Source: Anaeramoeba ignava BMAN
Lineage: Eukaryota > Protista > Anaeramoebae
Reading direction: 5' to 3'
Assembly: GCA_028826165.1 (NCBI GenBank)
Contig: JAPDFW010000115.1
Span: 62,001-126,000 of the forward strand
DNA length: 64,000 nucleotides
How positions within the stretch are numbered: position 1 is the first letter of the stretch; the number at the start of each line of letters is the position of its first letter. The position numbers and the translations under genes are program-made. This document shows positions 1-10,106 of the stretch, in pieces. Below the pieces are notes generated by a model, which saw only the letters and a program-made list of their open reading frames with translations, made no database searches and was not told the origin of the DNA.

Positions 1-170
1 AAAAGGAAAATTGTTGATAATTCTCCTGATGAAATTTGTTTAATTTGTTTTAGATTTTTATTTTCATTTTCATTTTCAAATTTAAATTGAATTGGTTTTT
101 TTATTTTTTTTGGTTTATTTTGAAGAAGTTTTGGTGATTGATTTGAACCAAAAAATAAAATTTCATTCAT
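1..170 (-). CDS. RCC1-repeat-like protein, N-terminal part (runs off the window; not in the ORF track)
   Basis: ATG at 170-168 opens an uninterrupted frame to the window edge: MNEILFFGSNQSPKLLQNKPKKIKKPIQFKFENENENKNLKQIKQISSGELSTIFL. FFGSN and IKQISSGELSTIFL match RCC1 blade motifs (xWGxN; IxQIxCGxxHTxxL). Confidence 0.65.
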   Translation of the reverse strand, partial: MNEILFFGSNQSPKLLQNKPKKIKKPIQFKFENENENKNLKQIKQISSGELSTIFL

Positions 171-318
171 TTTTGAAAAAGAAAAAAAATGAAATTAAAA
201 AAATTTGGAATTTTAATTTTTTGAAAAGAAAAAGAAAAAGAAAAAAAAAAAGAAAAAGAAAAAATTTTGGAAATTTGAATTCTTTCTGTTTTTAGAAAAA
301 TTAATTATTATTGTTGTT

Positions 319-3300
319 TTAATTATTTTCTTTTTTGTTTTTCTTAGATTTCCTAATCAAAATAACTAAAACAACAATAAGTGCAATCACAACAACTGGA
401 ACAACAACAGAAAGTGAAATAACTTTATCTTTTGAAGAATCACTGGCTGTTTCAACAGGTGCTGGTAAAGTTGTAACTGATGTATATATTGGTAATCCTG
501 ATAAATCAGATTCTTCACATCTCCAATCAGCTGATGCAAATATTGAAATTTGATAATATGTATCTCCAAGTAAATTAAAAACCGAATAACTTGTCATTGC
601 TGCTGATAAACAAACATTTATTGAATTGTAACTTAATGAATATCCTTTTAATCCTGTTGATAATTCTAATGCTTCCCAATCACATTCAAATCCACAAATT
701 GTTGCATTGCAATTAATTGAACTCATGTTTCCTAATTTAGGTGTTATTGAGACTGGTGAACTGGCTAATCCTAATGATTGTGTTTCACAACTTGAATCAG
801 TACATCCTCGAATTGAAACAAGATATTCAACATTTCCTGCTAATGGTTTTATTGTTCCAATCATTTCATTTCCATTTGATTGAATTGTTGTGAAATTTTG
901 CCAATTAATTCTGTTATCGATTGAAACTAAATAAGTTTCTGCTTGTGTTAATTTTGTAAATATTATCTCAATTTCTTCAATTTTAGAAATTGATTGATTA
1001 ATTGTTGGTGCTGATAATGGTAAAGTTTTAAGTGATAATGTTGAAGCTAATCCTGAATATTCATTATAATTACAATTTGAATCAGCTGATGCAAATATTG
1101 AAATTTCATAATTAGCTTTTCCAATTAAACTATCAAATGGATAATTTGTTGTTGATGGTGGTAAACAAATTGGTGTTGAATTGAAACTTAATGAATATCC
1201 TTTTAATCCTGTTGATAATTCTAATGCTTCCCAATCACAATCAAATCCACAAGATATTGGATTACAATTAAATGAACTTATGTTTCCTAATTTAGGTGTT
1301 ATTGGAATTGGTGAACTGGCTAATCCTAAATATCCACTTTTGCAATTTGTATCAGTACATCCTCGAATTGAAACAAGATATTCAACATTTCCTGCTAATG
1401 GACTTATTGTTCCAATCATTTCATTTCCATTTGATTGAATTGTTGTGAATTTTTGCCAATCAATTCCATTATTAATTGAAACTAAATAAGTTTTAGCTAA
1501 TGTTAATTTTGTAAATATAATCTCAATTTCTTCAATTTTGGAAATTGATTGATTAATTGTTGGTGCTGATAATGGTAAAGTTGTAAGTGATAATGTTGAA
1601 GCTAATCCTGAATATTCATTATAATTGCAATTTGAATCAGCTGATGCAAATATTGAAATTTCATAATTAGCTCCTCCAAATAATTTGTCAACTACTGAAT
1701 AACTTGTTGTTGATGGTGGTAAACAAATTGGTGTTGAATTGTAACTTAATGAATATCCTTTTAATCCTGTTGATAATTCTAATGCTTCCCAATCACAATC
1801 AAATCCACAAATTGTTGCATTGCAATTAAATGAGCTTATGTTTCCTAATTTAGGTGTTATTGAGACTGGTGAACTGGCTAATCCTAAATATTCACTTTCA
1901 CAATTTGGATCAGTACATGTTTTAATTGAAACAATATATTTAACATTTCCTGCTAATGGACTTATTGTTCCAATCATTTCATTTCCATTTGATTGAATTG
2001 TTGTGAATTTTTGCCAATCAATTCCATTATTAATTGAAACTAAATAATCTTTGATTTTTTCTTGATATTGTGGTGTAAATATGATTTCAATTTCTTCAAT
2101 TTTGGAAATTGATTGATTAATTAGAGGTGGTGGAAGTCGAGAAGTTGTAATAGATAATGTTGTATTAGTTCCTGAATATTCATTATAATTGCAATTTGAA
2201 TCAGCAGATGCAAATATTGAAATTTCATAATTAGCTCCTCCAAATAATTCAGTTTTTGAATAACTTGTTTCAAAAATTGATAAACATTTTGATGATGAAT
2301 TGAAACTTAATGAATATCCTCTTAATCCTATTGATAATTCTAATGGTTCCCAATCACAATAAAATCCATAAAGCAATGGAACACAAGTAATCATAACATT
2401 TCCTAATTTAGGTGATATTGAAATAGGTGAAGTAGGTAATCCTAAATAATCAACTCCACAACTTGAATCAGTACATCCTCGAATTGAAACAAGATATTCA
2501 TAATTTCCTGATAATGGACTTAATGTTCCAATCATATCTGTTTCATTTGAATAAAGTGTTGTGAAATTTTGCCAATTTGTTCCATTATTACTTGAAATCA
2601 AATAATTTCTTCCTTGTGTTAATTCTGTGAAAATTAATTTAATTTCTTCAATTTGAGAAATTGATTGTTTAATTAAAGGTGGTTGTAATCTTTCAGTTGT
2701 AACATTAACAGTAGAAATTAATCCACAAAAATCATTTGAATTACAACCTGAAACATTGATTTTATATTCTTCAACTTGGAAATTTGCTCTAAAACTTTGA
2801 TTTGTTGAATTTGGATAATAAGTATCTGAATCTTCTTTTGTTGTTGCTTCATAAGTGAAAGTATAATAAGAAGGTGTTCCTGAAGTTGAAGGTTTTAACC
2901 AAGAACAATCAATAACTAATACATCTGAAACAACACAATTAAAAGAATTAACATTTGGGAATCCTGTTGAAATTGATGATGAAACAACTTCTCCTTTTTC
3001 TTCATATTCATCTTCACATTCTTCTGTTGAACAAGCCCACATTGAAACATAATAAGTATATCCAAACTCTAATTCATCTACTTGAAAAGAAGTTGCTGAT
3101 GGATCATCTATTGAAATGGTTGAAGGTGGATCTGTTTCTTTTTGAATAGAAACTTCATAATGATCAAGATTTGGAATTCCTTCAATAATTTCCACATCTG
3201 GATAATCCCAAAAAATATCAATATAATCATAATATCCATCTAAATCATAATTCTTTACAGAATCAATTCTTGTTATCAAATCATATATTGAAGAAGGTTT

Positions 3301-5625
3301 TCCACATTCATTTAAAGTTAAATTACAAGCTCTTATTTGAATTAAATATTCTTCATTTCCAGTAATATTAGGATAAAAAGAAGAATTGAATTCTTGATAT
3401 CTAATATCAAATACATCTATCAAAACTGGATCTTCAATAATTGTCCAATTAAATCCATAATTAATTTGATATTGAAGTTGTTCATCATTTTCAATTTTAA
3501 ACCAATAACATTCAAATTTCGAAAATAAAGAATTACAACCAAGCAAACGGACTTTCGGAACAAGAGGTTCTTCAATGGAAAATTGAGCTAAAGGAACTGG
3601 ATAATTTCGCCATGCTGTCAAATAATAAAAGTTTGTTGTTGGATCAAAAATTCCAAATGGCCAACCAAAATATTCATCTAATACATCTAACTCAATTGTA
3701 TCTTGAATAAGATCAAGTTGGAATACTGCTGTTATTGGCTCTTCAATTTCATAATCATAAAATTCTGTGAAAAAAAATCCAAAATTACCATCACCATCAA
3801 TAAATGAATCTGTGAAATAATAAACTCCAGAAATTTCTTGGCAACTAATCATTTCCATATAATACAAATCAATTGAACAAATTTCAGAAAACATACTATC
3901 TTCTAATTTCTCTTCTTGATTTTTTATCAATTCAATTTCAGTTCCAAAATACATTCTTTGATTTGCTTGATCAAGACTCATTGTTGAAATATCATAAGAA
4001 GTTATATTAATATAATCTTCAATATCCAAATTTGATGGGTTTATTTTGATAAGATAATATTCTTCTTCTTCTGTTTCCCAATATTCAAAATAACTGTAAA
4101 TATATCCAGTAGAATAATCAAACTGAAAATTATAAATTTCACCTTCTATATAAATTGCAAGCAAAATATTCAAATCAGGACAACTTAATATTACGAATAA
4201 AGGAATTTCTGCAAGATCAAAATAATATGAAACATAAAGAATATTATTATTAGGATTATATACAGCATCATCTACATATCCAGAAGGAAGAATACTCACA
4301 TATTCCATATTTGTTAAATTAAACATATCAACTTTAAGAATTAGAAGACCTGAATCATCAATAAAATAATAGAGAAATCCATTTTGAATATCAATATCTC
4401 CAACATAGATATCATCATAATAATCAAGAATCACATAATCAATCATTTGAAATGATTCAATATCAACTTTGGCAATTATCATGTATTCAACACTTTCAAA
4501 AAGAAGATAAATTGTTTGATTTAATTCATCAAGTAAAATATATTGAGCTCGAATAAAAAGAGGTTCCAAAAATTCAGTTTCTTGTTGAAATTCAGTAAGA
4601 TCAAATTTAATTATCTCTGCATATGCTAATGGAATGAATGAATAATTATATTGGAAATCAAAAGAAGCTGTTGAAGAATAAGAATAACCATCAAGATATT
4701 CACCATCTATAAATGAGAAAGAATCAAGATCAACTCTCACTATTGCTGGATCTTCTGTAACAAAATATCCAATATTCTCATTTTCATCAATTGCTGCTGC
4801 TACACACCATGCATAATCCTCTAATTCTAATGCATCATCATAAGAAAAGGTTTCAACATCAATTTTCACAACTAAAAATGGATAATCATAATTTCCAAAA
4901 TAGAGAAATTCTTTTGAAACTCCTAAAAATCCTTGACAAGCTCCATAAACATCATATTCACTCAAATCAAGATCTGCAATAATTGTGAAATCTGTCAAAT
5001 TGATTTTGAAGATTAATGAATAATAACCATCTTCATTTTCAGTTTCACCAGATACATAAAGGATGTTGTTTTCAAGATCAATAACCAATCCCCAAGAATC
5101 TTCATCATTCAATTCTAAAGGATCTCCTTCTTGTTGGAAAGTATTCAAATCAATTTTGATAACTTGAGTTGGATAAGATAAAAGAAAATATGCTTTTTGA
5201 TTTTCAATATCAATCTGAGCAGACTCAAATCCATCAGAATCTGTGCTCAAAGTCAATACACCAACAACTTGGAAAGTATTCAAATCAACTTTGGAAATTC
5301 GACTTGGAGAATCATAAGATCCAAAATAAGCTAAATTATTTTCATTATCAAAAATTCCACATCCAACTCCCCAAATTCCCAAATCAAGCGAATCAATTAA
5401 CTCAAGTGTGCTCATATTGAATTTGTAAAGTTTTCCTTCTAATGTATATTCAATCATACTCCAAAGATCATCAACAAAATAAACTAATTGATTTGGAGCA
5501 TCAACAAAAGAATAAGTAAGATATTGAGTCCCTTCTGGAAAATATAATTCTTGATTAAGAGTAAGTTCAGATTTAATAAATGAAATGAAGAACAAGAAAC
5601 CAAAGAAAAAAAGCAATTTTTTCAT
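319..5625 (-). CDS. Type I membrane surface protein: signal peptide, acidic beta-propeller-like region, multiple fibronectin type III-like domains, TM helix, 11-aa tail
   Basis: Likely start is the ATG at 5625 (MKKLLFFFGFLFFISFIKS = signal peptide). Propeller-like IxKIDLxTF repeats span about the first 700 aa. FN3 signatures (W...Y.V.....L....Y.ISI.A) follow. TM VISLSVVVPVVVIALIVVLVILI is followed by basic RKSKKNKK. No intron needed. Confidence 0.85.
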   Translation of the reverse strand: MKKLLFFFGFLFFISFIKSELTLNQELYFPEGTQYLTYSFVDAPNQLVYFVDDLWSMIEYTLEGKLYKFNMSTLELIDSLDLGIWGVGCGIFDNENNLAYFGSYDSPSRISKVDLNTFQVVGVLTLSTDSDGFESAQIDIENQKAYFLLSYPTQVIKIDLNTFQQEGDPLELNDEDSWGLVIDLENNILYVSGETENEDGYYSLIFKINLTDFTIIADLDLSEYDVYGACQGFLGVSKEFLYFGNYDYPFLVVKIDVETFSYDDALELEDYAWCVAAAIDENENIGYFVTEDPAIVRVDLDSFSFIDGEYLDGYSYSSTASFDFQYNYSFIPLAYAEIIKFDLTEFQQETEFLEPLFIRAQYILLDELNQTIYLLFESVEYMIIAKVDIESFQMIDYVILDYYDDIYVGDIDIQNGFLYYFIDDSGLLILKVDMFNLTNMEYVSILPSGYVDDAVYNPNNNILYVSYYFDLAEIPLFVILSCPDLNILLAIYIEGEIYNFQFDYSTGYIYSYFEYWETEEEEYYLIKINPSNLDIEDYINITSYDISTMSLDQANQRMYFGTEIELIKNQEEKLEDSMFSEICSIDLYYMEMISCQEISGVYYFTDSFIDGDGNFGFFFTEFYDYEIEEPITAVFQLDLIQDTIELDVLDEYFGWPFGIFDPTTNFYYLTAWRNYPVPLAQFSIEEPLVPKVRLLGCNSLFSKFECYWFKIENDEQLQYQINYGFNWTIIEDPVLIDVFDIRYQEFNSSFYPNITGNEEYLIQIRACNLTLNECGKPSSIYDLITRIDSVKNYDLDGYYDYIDIFWDYPDVEIIEGIPNLDHYEVSIQKETDPPSTISIDDPSATSFQVDELEFGYTYYVSMWACSTEECEDEYEEKGEVVSSSISTGFPNVNSFNCVVSDVLVIDCSWLKPSTSGTPSYYTFTYEATTKEDSDTYYPNSTNQSFRANFQVEEYKINVSGCNSNDFCGLISTVNVTTERLQPPLIKQSISQIEEIKLIFTELTQGRNYLISSNNGTNWQNFTTLYSNETDMIGTLSPLSGNYEYLVSIRGCTDSSCGVDYLGLPTSPISISPKLGNVMITCVPLLYGFYCDWEPLELSIGLRGYSLSFNSSSKCLSIFETSYSKTELFGGANYEISIFASADSNCNYNEYSGTNTTLSITTSRLPPPLINQSISKIEEIEIIFTPQYQEKIKDYLVSINNGIDWQKFTTIQSNGNEMIGTISPLAGNVKYIVSIKTCTDPNCESEYLGLASSPVSITPKLGNISSFNCNATICGFDCDWEALELSTGLKGYSLSYNSTPICLPPSTTSYSVVDKLFGGANYEISIFASADSNCNYNEYSGLASTLSLTTLPLSAPTINQSISKIEEIEIIFTKLTLAKTYLVSINNGIDWQKFTTIQSNGNEMIGTISPLAGNVEYLVSIRGCTDTNCKSGYLGLASSPIPITPKLGNISSFNCNPISCGFDCDWEALELSTGLKGYSLSFNSTPICLPPSTTNYPFDSLIGKANYEISIFASADSNCNYNEYSGLASTLSLKTLPLSAPTINQSISKIEEIEIIFTKLTQAETYLVSIDNRINWQNFTTIQSNGNEMIGTIKPLAGNVEYLVSIRGCTDSSCETQSLGLASSPVSITPKLGNMSSINCNATICGFECDWEALELSTGLKGYSLSYNSINVCLSAAMTSYSVFNLLGDTYYQISIFASADWRCEESDLSGLPIYTSVTTLPAPVETASDSSKDKVISLSVVVPVVVIALIVVLVILIRKSKKNKKENN
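470..2700 (-). repeat. Four tandem ~557-bp intragenic units, each encoding two FN3-like domains
   Basis: The block tcagtacat..attgaaacaa recurs at ~797, 1352, 1910 and 2468. The protein unit (..INQSISKIEEIEIIF...ISIFASADSNCNYNEYSG) repeats four times with near-identical DNA. Confidence 0.9.
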
Positions 5626-5935
5626 CCTATTTTTAAATAAAACAAAAATAAGACAAAAACAAAAACAAACAAAAATACAATAAAAACAAAAATACAATAA
5701 AATGATTTAGTTTAATTACTTTATTGCGAATTATTGAGGAATAAGTAAAAAAAAAAGTTCTTAATAGCAATTTGTTTTTTAATTTTCTTTTAATAAGAAG
5801 ATAAAAAAAGGAAATTGAAAAATGAATAATAAAAAAAAAATTTTTTATTGTTTTTTTGTTTTTTTAAATTGATCTCTAAAATAAAAAATTAAAACAAAAA
5901 AAGAATAAAAGAAAAAAAGAAAAAAAAAAAATTTT

Positions 5936-6430
5936 TTATTAATTAGGTACAAAAATAGTTTAAATTTAATTTTAATTTTGATTTTGATTTTGATTTAAAT
6001 TTTGATTTGATTTTGATTTAAATTTTATTAATTAATTAGGTACAAAAATAGTTTTAATCCCTCTTCAATTTAATTTAAATTTAATTTTGATTTTGATTTA
6101 GATTTTGATTTAAATTTTGATTTGATTTTGATTTAAATTTTATTAATTAGGTACAAAAATAGTTTTAATCCCTCTTTAATTTAATTTAAATTTAATTTTG
6201 ATTTTGATTTTGATTTTGATTTTAATTTTAATTTTGATTTTGATTTTGATTTAAATTTAATTTAATTAATTAGGTACAAAAATAGTTTTAATCCCTCTTC
6301 AATTTAATTTAATTTAATTTTGATTTTGATTTAGATTTTGATTTTAATTTAAATTTAATTTTAATTTTGATTTTGATTTTGATTTTGATTTTGATTTTGA
6401 ATTTGATTTTGATTTAAATTTAATTTAATT
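5936..6430. repeat. Four-copy direct repeat (aattaggtacaaaaatagtt[ttaatccctctt]) separated by (TTTTGA)n spacers, in the divergent promoter region
   Basis: The core recurs at 5941, 6034, 6145 and 6268 (spacings 93, 111, 123 bp). Copy 1 lacks the aatccctctt part. Confidence 0.85.
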
Positions 6431-6562
6431 TGTTAAAAAAAAAAGGAGAAAAAAAAAAGAAGAAAAAAAAAAAAAGTGAATTTAGTTCTTCTGAACCAAA
6501 TCAAAAAAAGATTTTGGAAATGGAAAAAATAAATTCATTTCTTATTCAGCATTCTTCATAAA

Positions 6563-8646
6563 ATGCCGAGAGAAGTAGTATCAATTCATTTAGGACAAGC
6601 AGGATGTCAAATAGGGACATCTTGTTGGGAATTATATTGTGCAGAACATGGAATAACATATGATGGACTTATGCCATCAGACACAACAAAAGGACAAGAA
6701 ACAGATGCATTCAACACATTTTTCTCAGAAACAAGTGCAGGTCAACATGTTCCAAGAGCAGTATTTTTTGATTTGGAACCATCAGTAGTTCAAGAAGTAA
6801 AAAACGGAAAATTTCGAAAATTATTTCATCCTGATTACATGTTGACAGGCAAAGAAGATGCAGCAAATAATTATGCTCGGGGGCATTATACTGTGGGCAA
6901 AGAATATCTTGAGGATGCTATTGACCGAATTCGCAAGATTGTTGAGCAATGCAGTTCGGTTCAGGGATTTTTGCTTTTTAATTCACTTGGTGGAGGAACT
7001 GGATCTGGTTTTGGATCTTTACTTTTGGAAAGATTTGCTTCTGATTACAAGAAAAAATCAAAGCTTGATTTCTGCATTTATCCTGCGCCCCAAGTTTCTA
7101 CCTCAGTGGTTGAGCCTTATAACACTGTTCTCTCAACTCACTCAATGATGGACTATTGTGATGTCACTTTCTTAGTTGATAATGAAGCCATTTACGAAAT
7201 TTGCAAGCAAAAACTCGGGATCGAAAGACCAACGTATGTCAATTTGAACCGATTGATTGCTCAAGTTCTTTCTTCGATTACAGCCTCTTTGCGATTCGAA
7301 GGTGATTTAAATGTGGATTTGAATGAGTTCCAGACAAATCTTGTGCCGTATCCAAGAATCCACTTTCCATTAGTTTCGTATTCGCCAATTATCAATTCAA
7401 AACGAGCAGCACATGAAGCAATGACAGTTAACGAATTGACATCATCTGTTTTTGATCCAGGAAGCGTTATGATCAAATGTGATCCTCGACAAGGAAAGTA
7501 CATGGCTTGCACAATGCTTTATCGAGGAGATGTTATTCCAAAAGACACAACAGCTGCTATTGCGAATATCAAGACAAAACAAAACATCCAATTTGTTGAC
7601 TGGTCGCCAACTGGTTTCAAAGTTGGTATTAATAAAAGACCTCCTTCAGTTGTTCCTGGTGGTGATTTGGCTCTTGTTAAAAGAGCTTTGTGTATGTTGG
7701 CTGCTACTACTGCTGTTGGTGAAACTTGGAATAGAGTCAATCATAATTTTGATTTGATGTTTGCTAAACGTGCTTTTGTTCATTGGTTTGTTGGTGAAGG
7801 TATGGAAGAAAGTGAGTTCAAAGAATCAAGAGATGATTTAGCTGCTTTAGAAAACGATTATGAAGGTATTTACTATTAAAATCAAAATCAAAATCAAAAC
7901 CAAAATCAAAATAAAATCAAAATCAAAATCAATATCAAAATCAAAATCAAAATCAAAATCAAATTAAAATCAAAATTAAAATCAAAATCCAAATCAAAAT
8001 TAAAATCAAAATTAAATTAAAATTAAAAACAAAATCAAAATCAAAATCAAAATCAAAATCAAAATCAAAATCAAAATCAAATTAAAATCAAAATCAAAAT
8101 CAAAATCAAAATCAAAATTAAAATCAAAATCAAAATCAAAAATTAAAATTAAATTAAAATCAAAATCAAATTAAATAAAATCAAAATTAAAATTCAAATC
8201 AAAATCAAATTAAAATCAAAATTAAATTAAAATCAAAATCAAAATAAAAATTAAATTAAAATCAAAATCAAATTAAAATCAAAATTAAATTAAAATTAAA
8301 ATTAAATTAAAATTAAAATTAAAATCAAAATCAAATCAAAATCAAAATCAAAATCAAAATCAAATCAATATCAAAATCAAAATTAAAACAAAATTTAAAT
8401 CAAAATTAAAATCAAATCAAAATCAAAATTAAAATCAAAATTAAAATCAAATCAAAATCAAAATTAAAATCAAAATCAAAATCAAAATCAAATTAAAATC
8501 AAAATCAATTTAAAATTAAATCAAATCAAAATCAATTTAAAATTGAAATCAATATTTGTTTTATTAAAATAGTTGCAGGAAAAGATACTGATGAACTTGA
8601 AGAAATGTCTGATGGTGATGATGCAGATGAAAAAGATTCAAATTAA
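6563..8646 (+). CDS. TUBA: Alpha-tubulin, divergent; 2 exons (6563-7865, 8573-8646)
   Basis: Motifs [40 protein letters not shown] and [14 protein letters not shown] phase-1 intron GTATTT(7866)...TAG(8572) supplies an acidic tail: [29 protein letters not shown]. Confidence 0.95.
7866..8572 (+). repeat. 707-nt intron filled with (AAAATC/AAAATT)n microsatellite
   Basis: GT...AG boundaries restore the tubulin acidic tail. The interior is hexamer satellite. Confidence 0.9.
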
Positions 8647-8850
8647 ATCTAATTCAAAATTAAAATTAAATCTAAATTAAAAAAGAATCAAATCAAGATT
8701 CAAATCAAATTAAAATCAAAATCAAATCAAATTAAAATCAAAATCAAGATTCAAATTAAATCTAAATTAAAAAAGAATCAAAATTATTTTTTTTTAAAAT
8801 TTCATTTTTCACTTTTCAATAAAACCAAAAATAATTTTTAAAAAACAAAA

Positions 8851-9786
8851 ATGAAAAAAACCCAACAAAATTTTCTTGAAGCAGAAAATCCAACAGAATT
8901 AACTGTTGAAATTGAGAATGAAGGGGAAGAATTATCATTTCAAACATGTTCAGATATACATTTAGAATTCTTTTCTGAAGAAAAACCATATCCAAAAGAT
9001 ATGATCACAGCAATAGCACCAATTCTTTTACTTTGTGGAGATATAGGAAATCCGGATCAAGAATACTTATTACAATTTTTAGAAGAACAATCAAAACAAT
9101 TCAAATATATTTTTTATGTTGCAGGAAATCACGAATTTTATAACGTCAGAAATGAAGAAGAAAAATCAACTTATCAAGAAAGAATCTCAAAACTCAAACA
9201 AATCAACAGCAAAATATCAAATGTTTTTTTTCTTGAAAGGACATCAGTCAAAATAATTGTTCATCGAAAAGATAACTCAAAAGATTACGTGATTCGCCTT
9301 TTGGGAACAACATTGTGGTCATCAGTCCCAAAAAAACATTCTTTAAATATCCAAATGATGCTCAACGATTATCGAGCAATTTATAAAACAAAAACAGATA
9401 ATATCAAAGTAACTGATACAGATGAACTATTCAATAAAAACTTACTTTGGATTCAAGAAGAATGCAAAAAATCAAAAAAATCAAAGGAATCGCAAGTTAT
9501 CATCATTTCTCATCATACTCCTTCAATGAAAAGCACTTCTCCTGATGATGAAACTGGTGTTATTCAACATGCCTTTTGTTCTAAATTGGATCATTTGCTT
9601 AATTTTAAGAAAACTCATATCTCTTGTTGGTGTTGTGGTCATACTCATAGAAGTTTCAATTATTTCACAAAAAATACAAAATTAATTGGAAATCAAAGAG
9701 GTTATTTTTGGGAAGTTGAGAAAACTGGTTATAAACCTGATTTTGTTTTTAATTTAAATCTTAATCCAAATCAAAAAAAGAAATGA
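8851..9786 (+). CDS. Calcineurin-like metallophosphoesterase
   Basis: All five motifs are present in order: SDIHLE, GDIG, GNHEFY, ISHH, GHTH. Intronless, 311 aa. Confidence 0.9.
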   Translation: MKKTQQNFLEAENPTELTVEIENEGEELSFQTCSDIHLEFFSEEKPYPKDMITAIAPILLLCGDIGNPDQEYLLQFLEEQSKQFKYIFYVAGNHEFYNVRNEEEKSTYQERISKLKQINSKISNVFFLERTSVKIIVHRKDNSKDYVIRLLGTTLWSSVPKKHSLNIQMMLNDYRAIYKTKTDNIKVTDTDELFNKNLLWIQEECKKSKKSKESQVIIISHHTPSMKSTSPDDETGVIQHAFCSKLDHLLNFKKTHISCWCCGHTHRSFNYFTKNTKLIGNQRGYFWEVEKTGYKPDFVFNLNLNPNQKKK

Positions 9787-10106
9787 AACAAAAAATAAAA
9801 TAATAAAATAAAGAAATTTGAACTTCTCTTTTTATTAAAAAAAAGTTGTTTTTTGTTTTTTGTTTTTTGTTTTTGAATCAAAAAGAAAAGTAAAAAAAAA
9901 AAAGTAAAGCAAAAGAAAACAAAGTCGGAACCTTTTTTCTTTTTTTTTTGCTAATTCAATTCCAACTCAAATCAAAAAAAAAATTTTTTTTTTCGTGATC
10001 CAAATTTTGGTTTTGCTAAACAACAAATCAAGAAACTTAAAAGTAAAAGTAAAAGTAAAAGTAAAAGTAAAATGAAAGAAAGGAAAGAAAAGAAAAGAAA
10101 GAGAAA

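Noticed and set aside
5626-5697. ORF-track N-terminal extension MYFCFYCIF...
   Set aside because: It uses a non-ATG start in a TTTTG-type repeat. The ATG at 5625 directly precedes a signal peptide.
5936-6430. CRISPR-like repeat-spacer appearance
   Set aside because: The spacers are low-complexity satellite of unequal length, there are no cas genes, and the context is eukaryotic.
7866-7879. Tubulin C-terminus EGIYY* resembling a tyrosinated tail
   Set aside because: It is read-through into an intron. The acidic tail is on the exon at 8573-8646.
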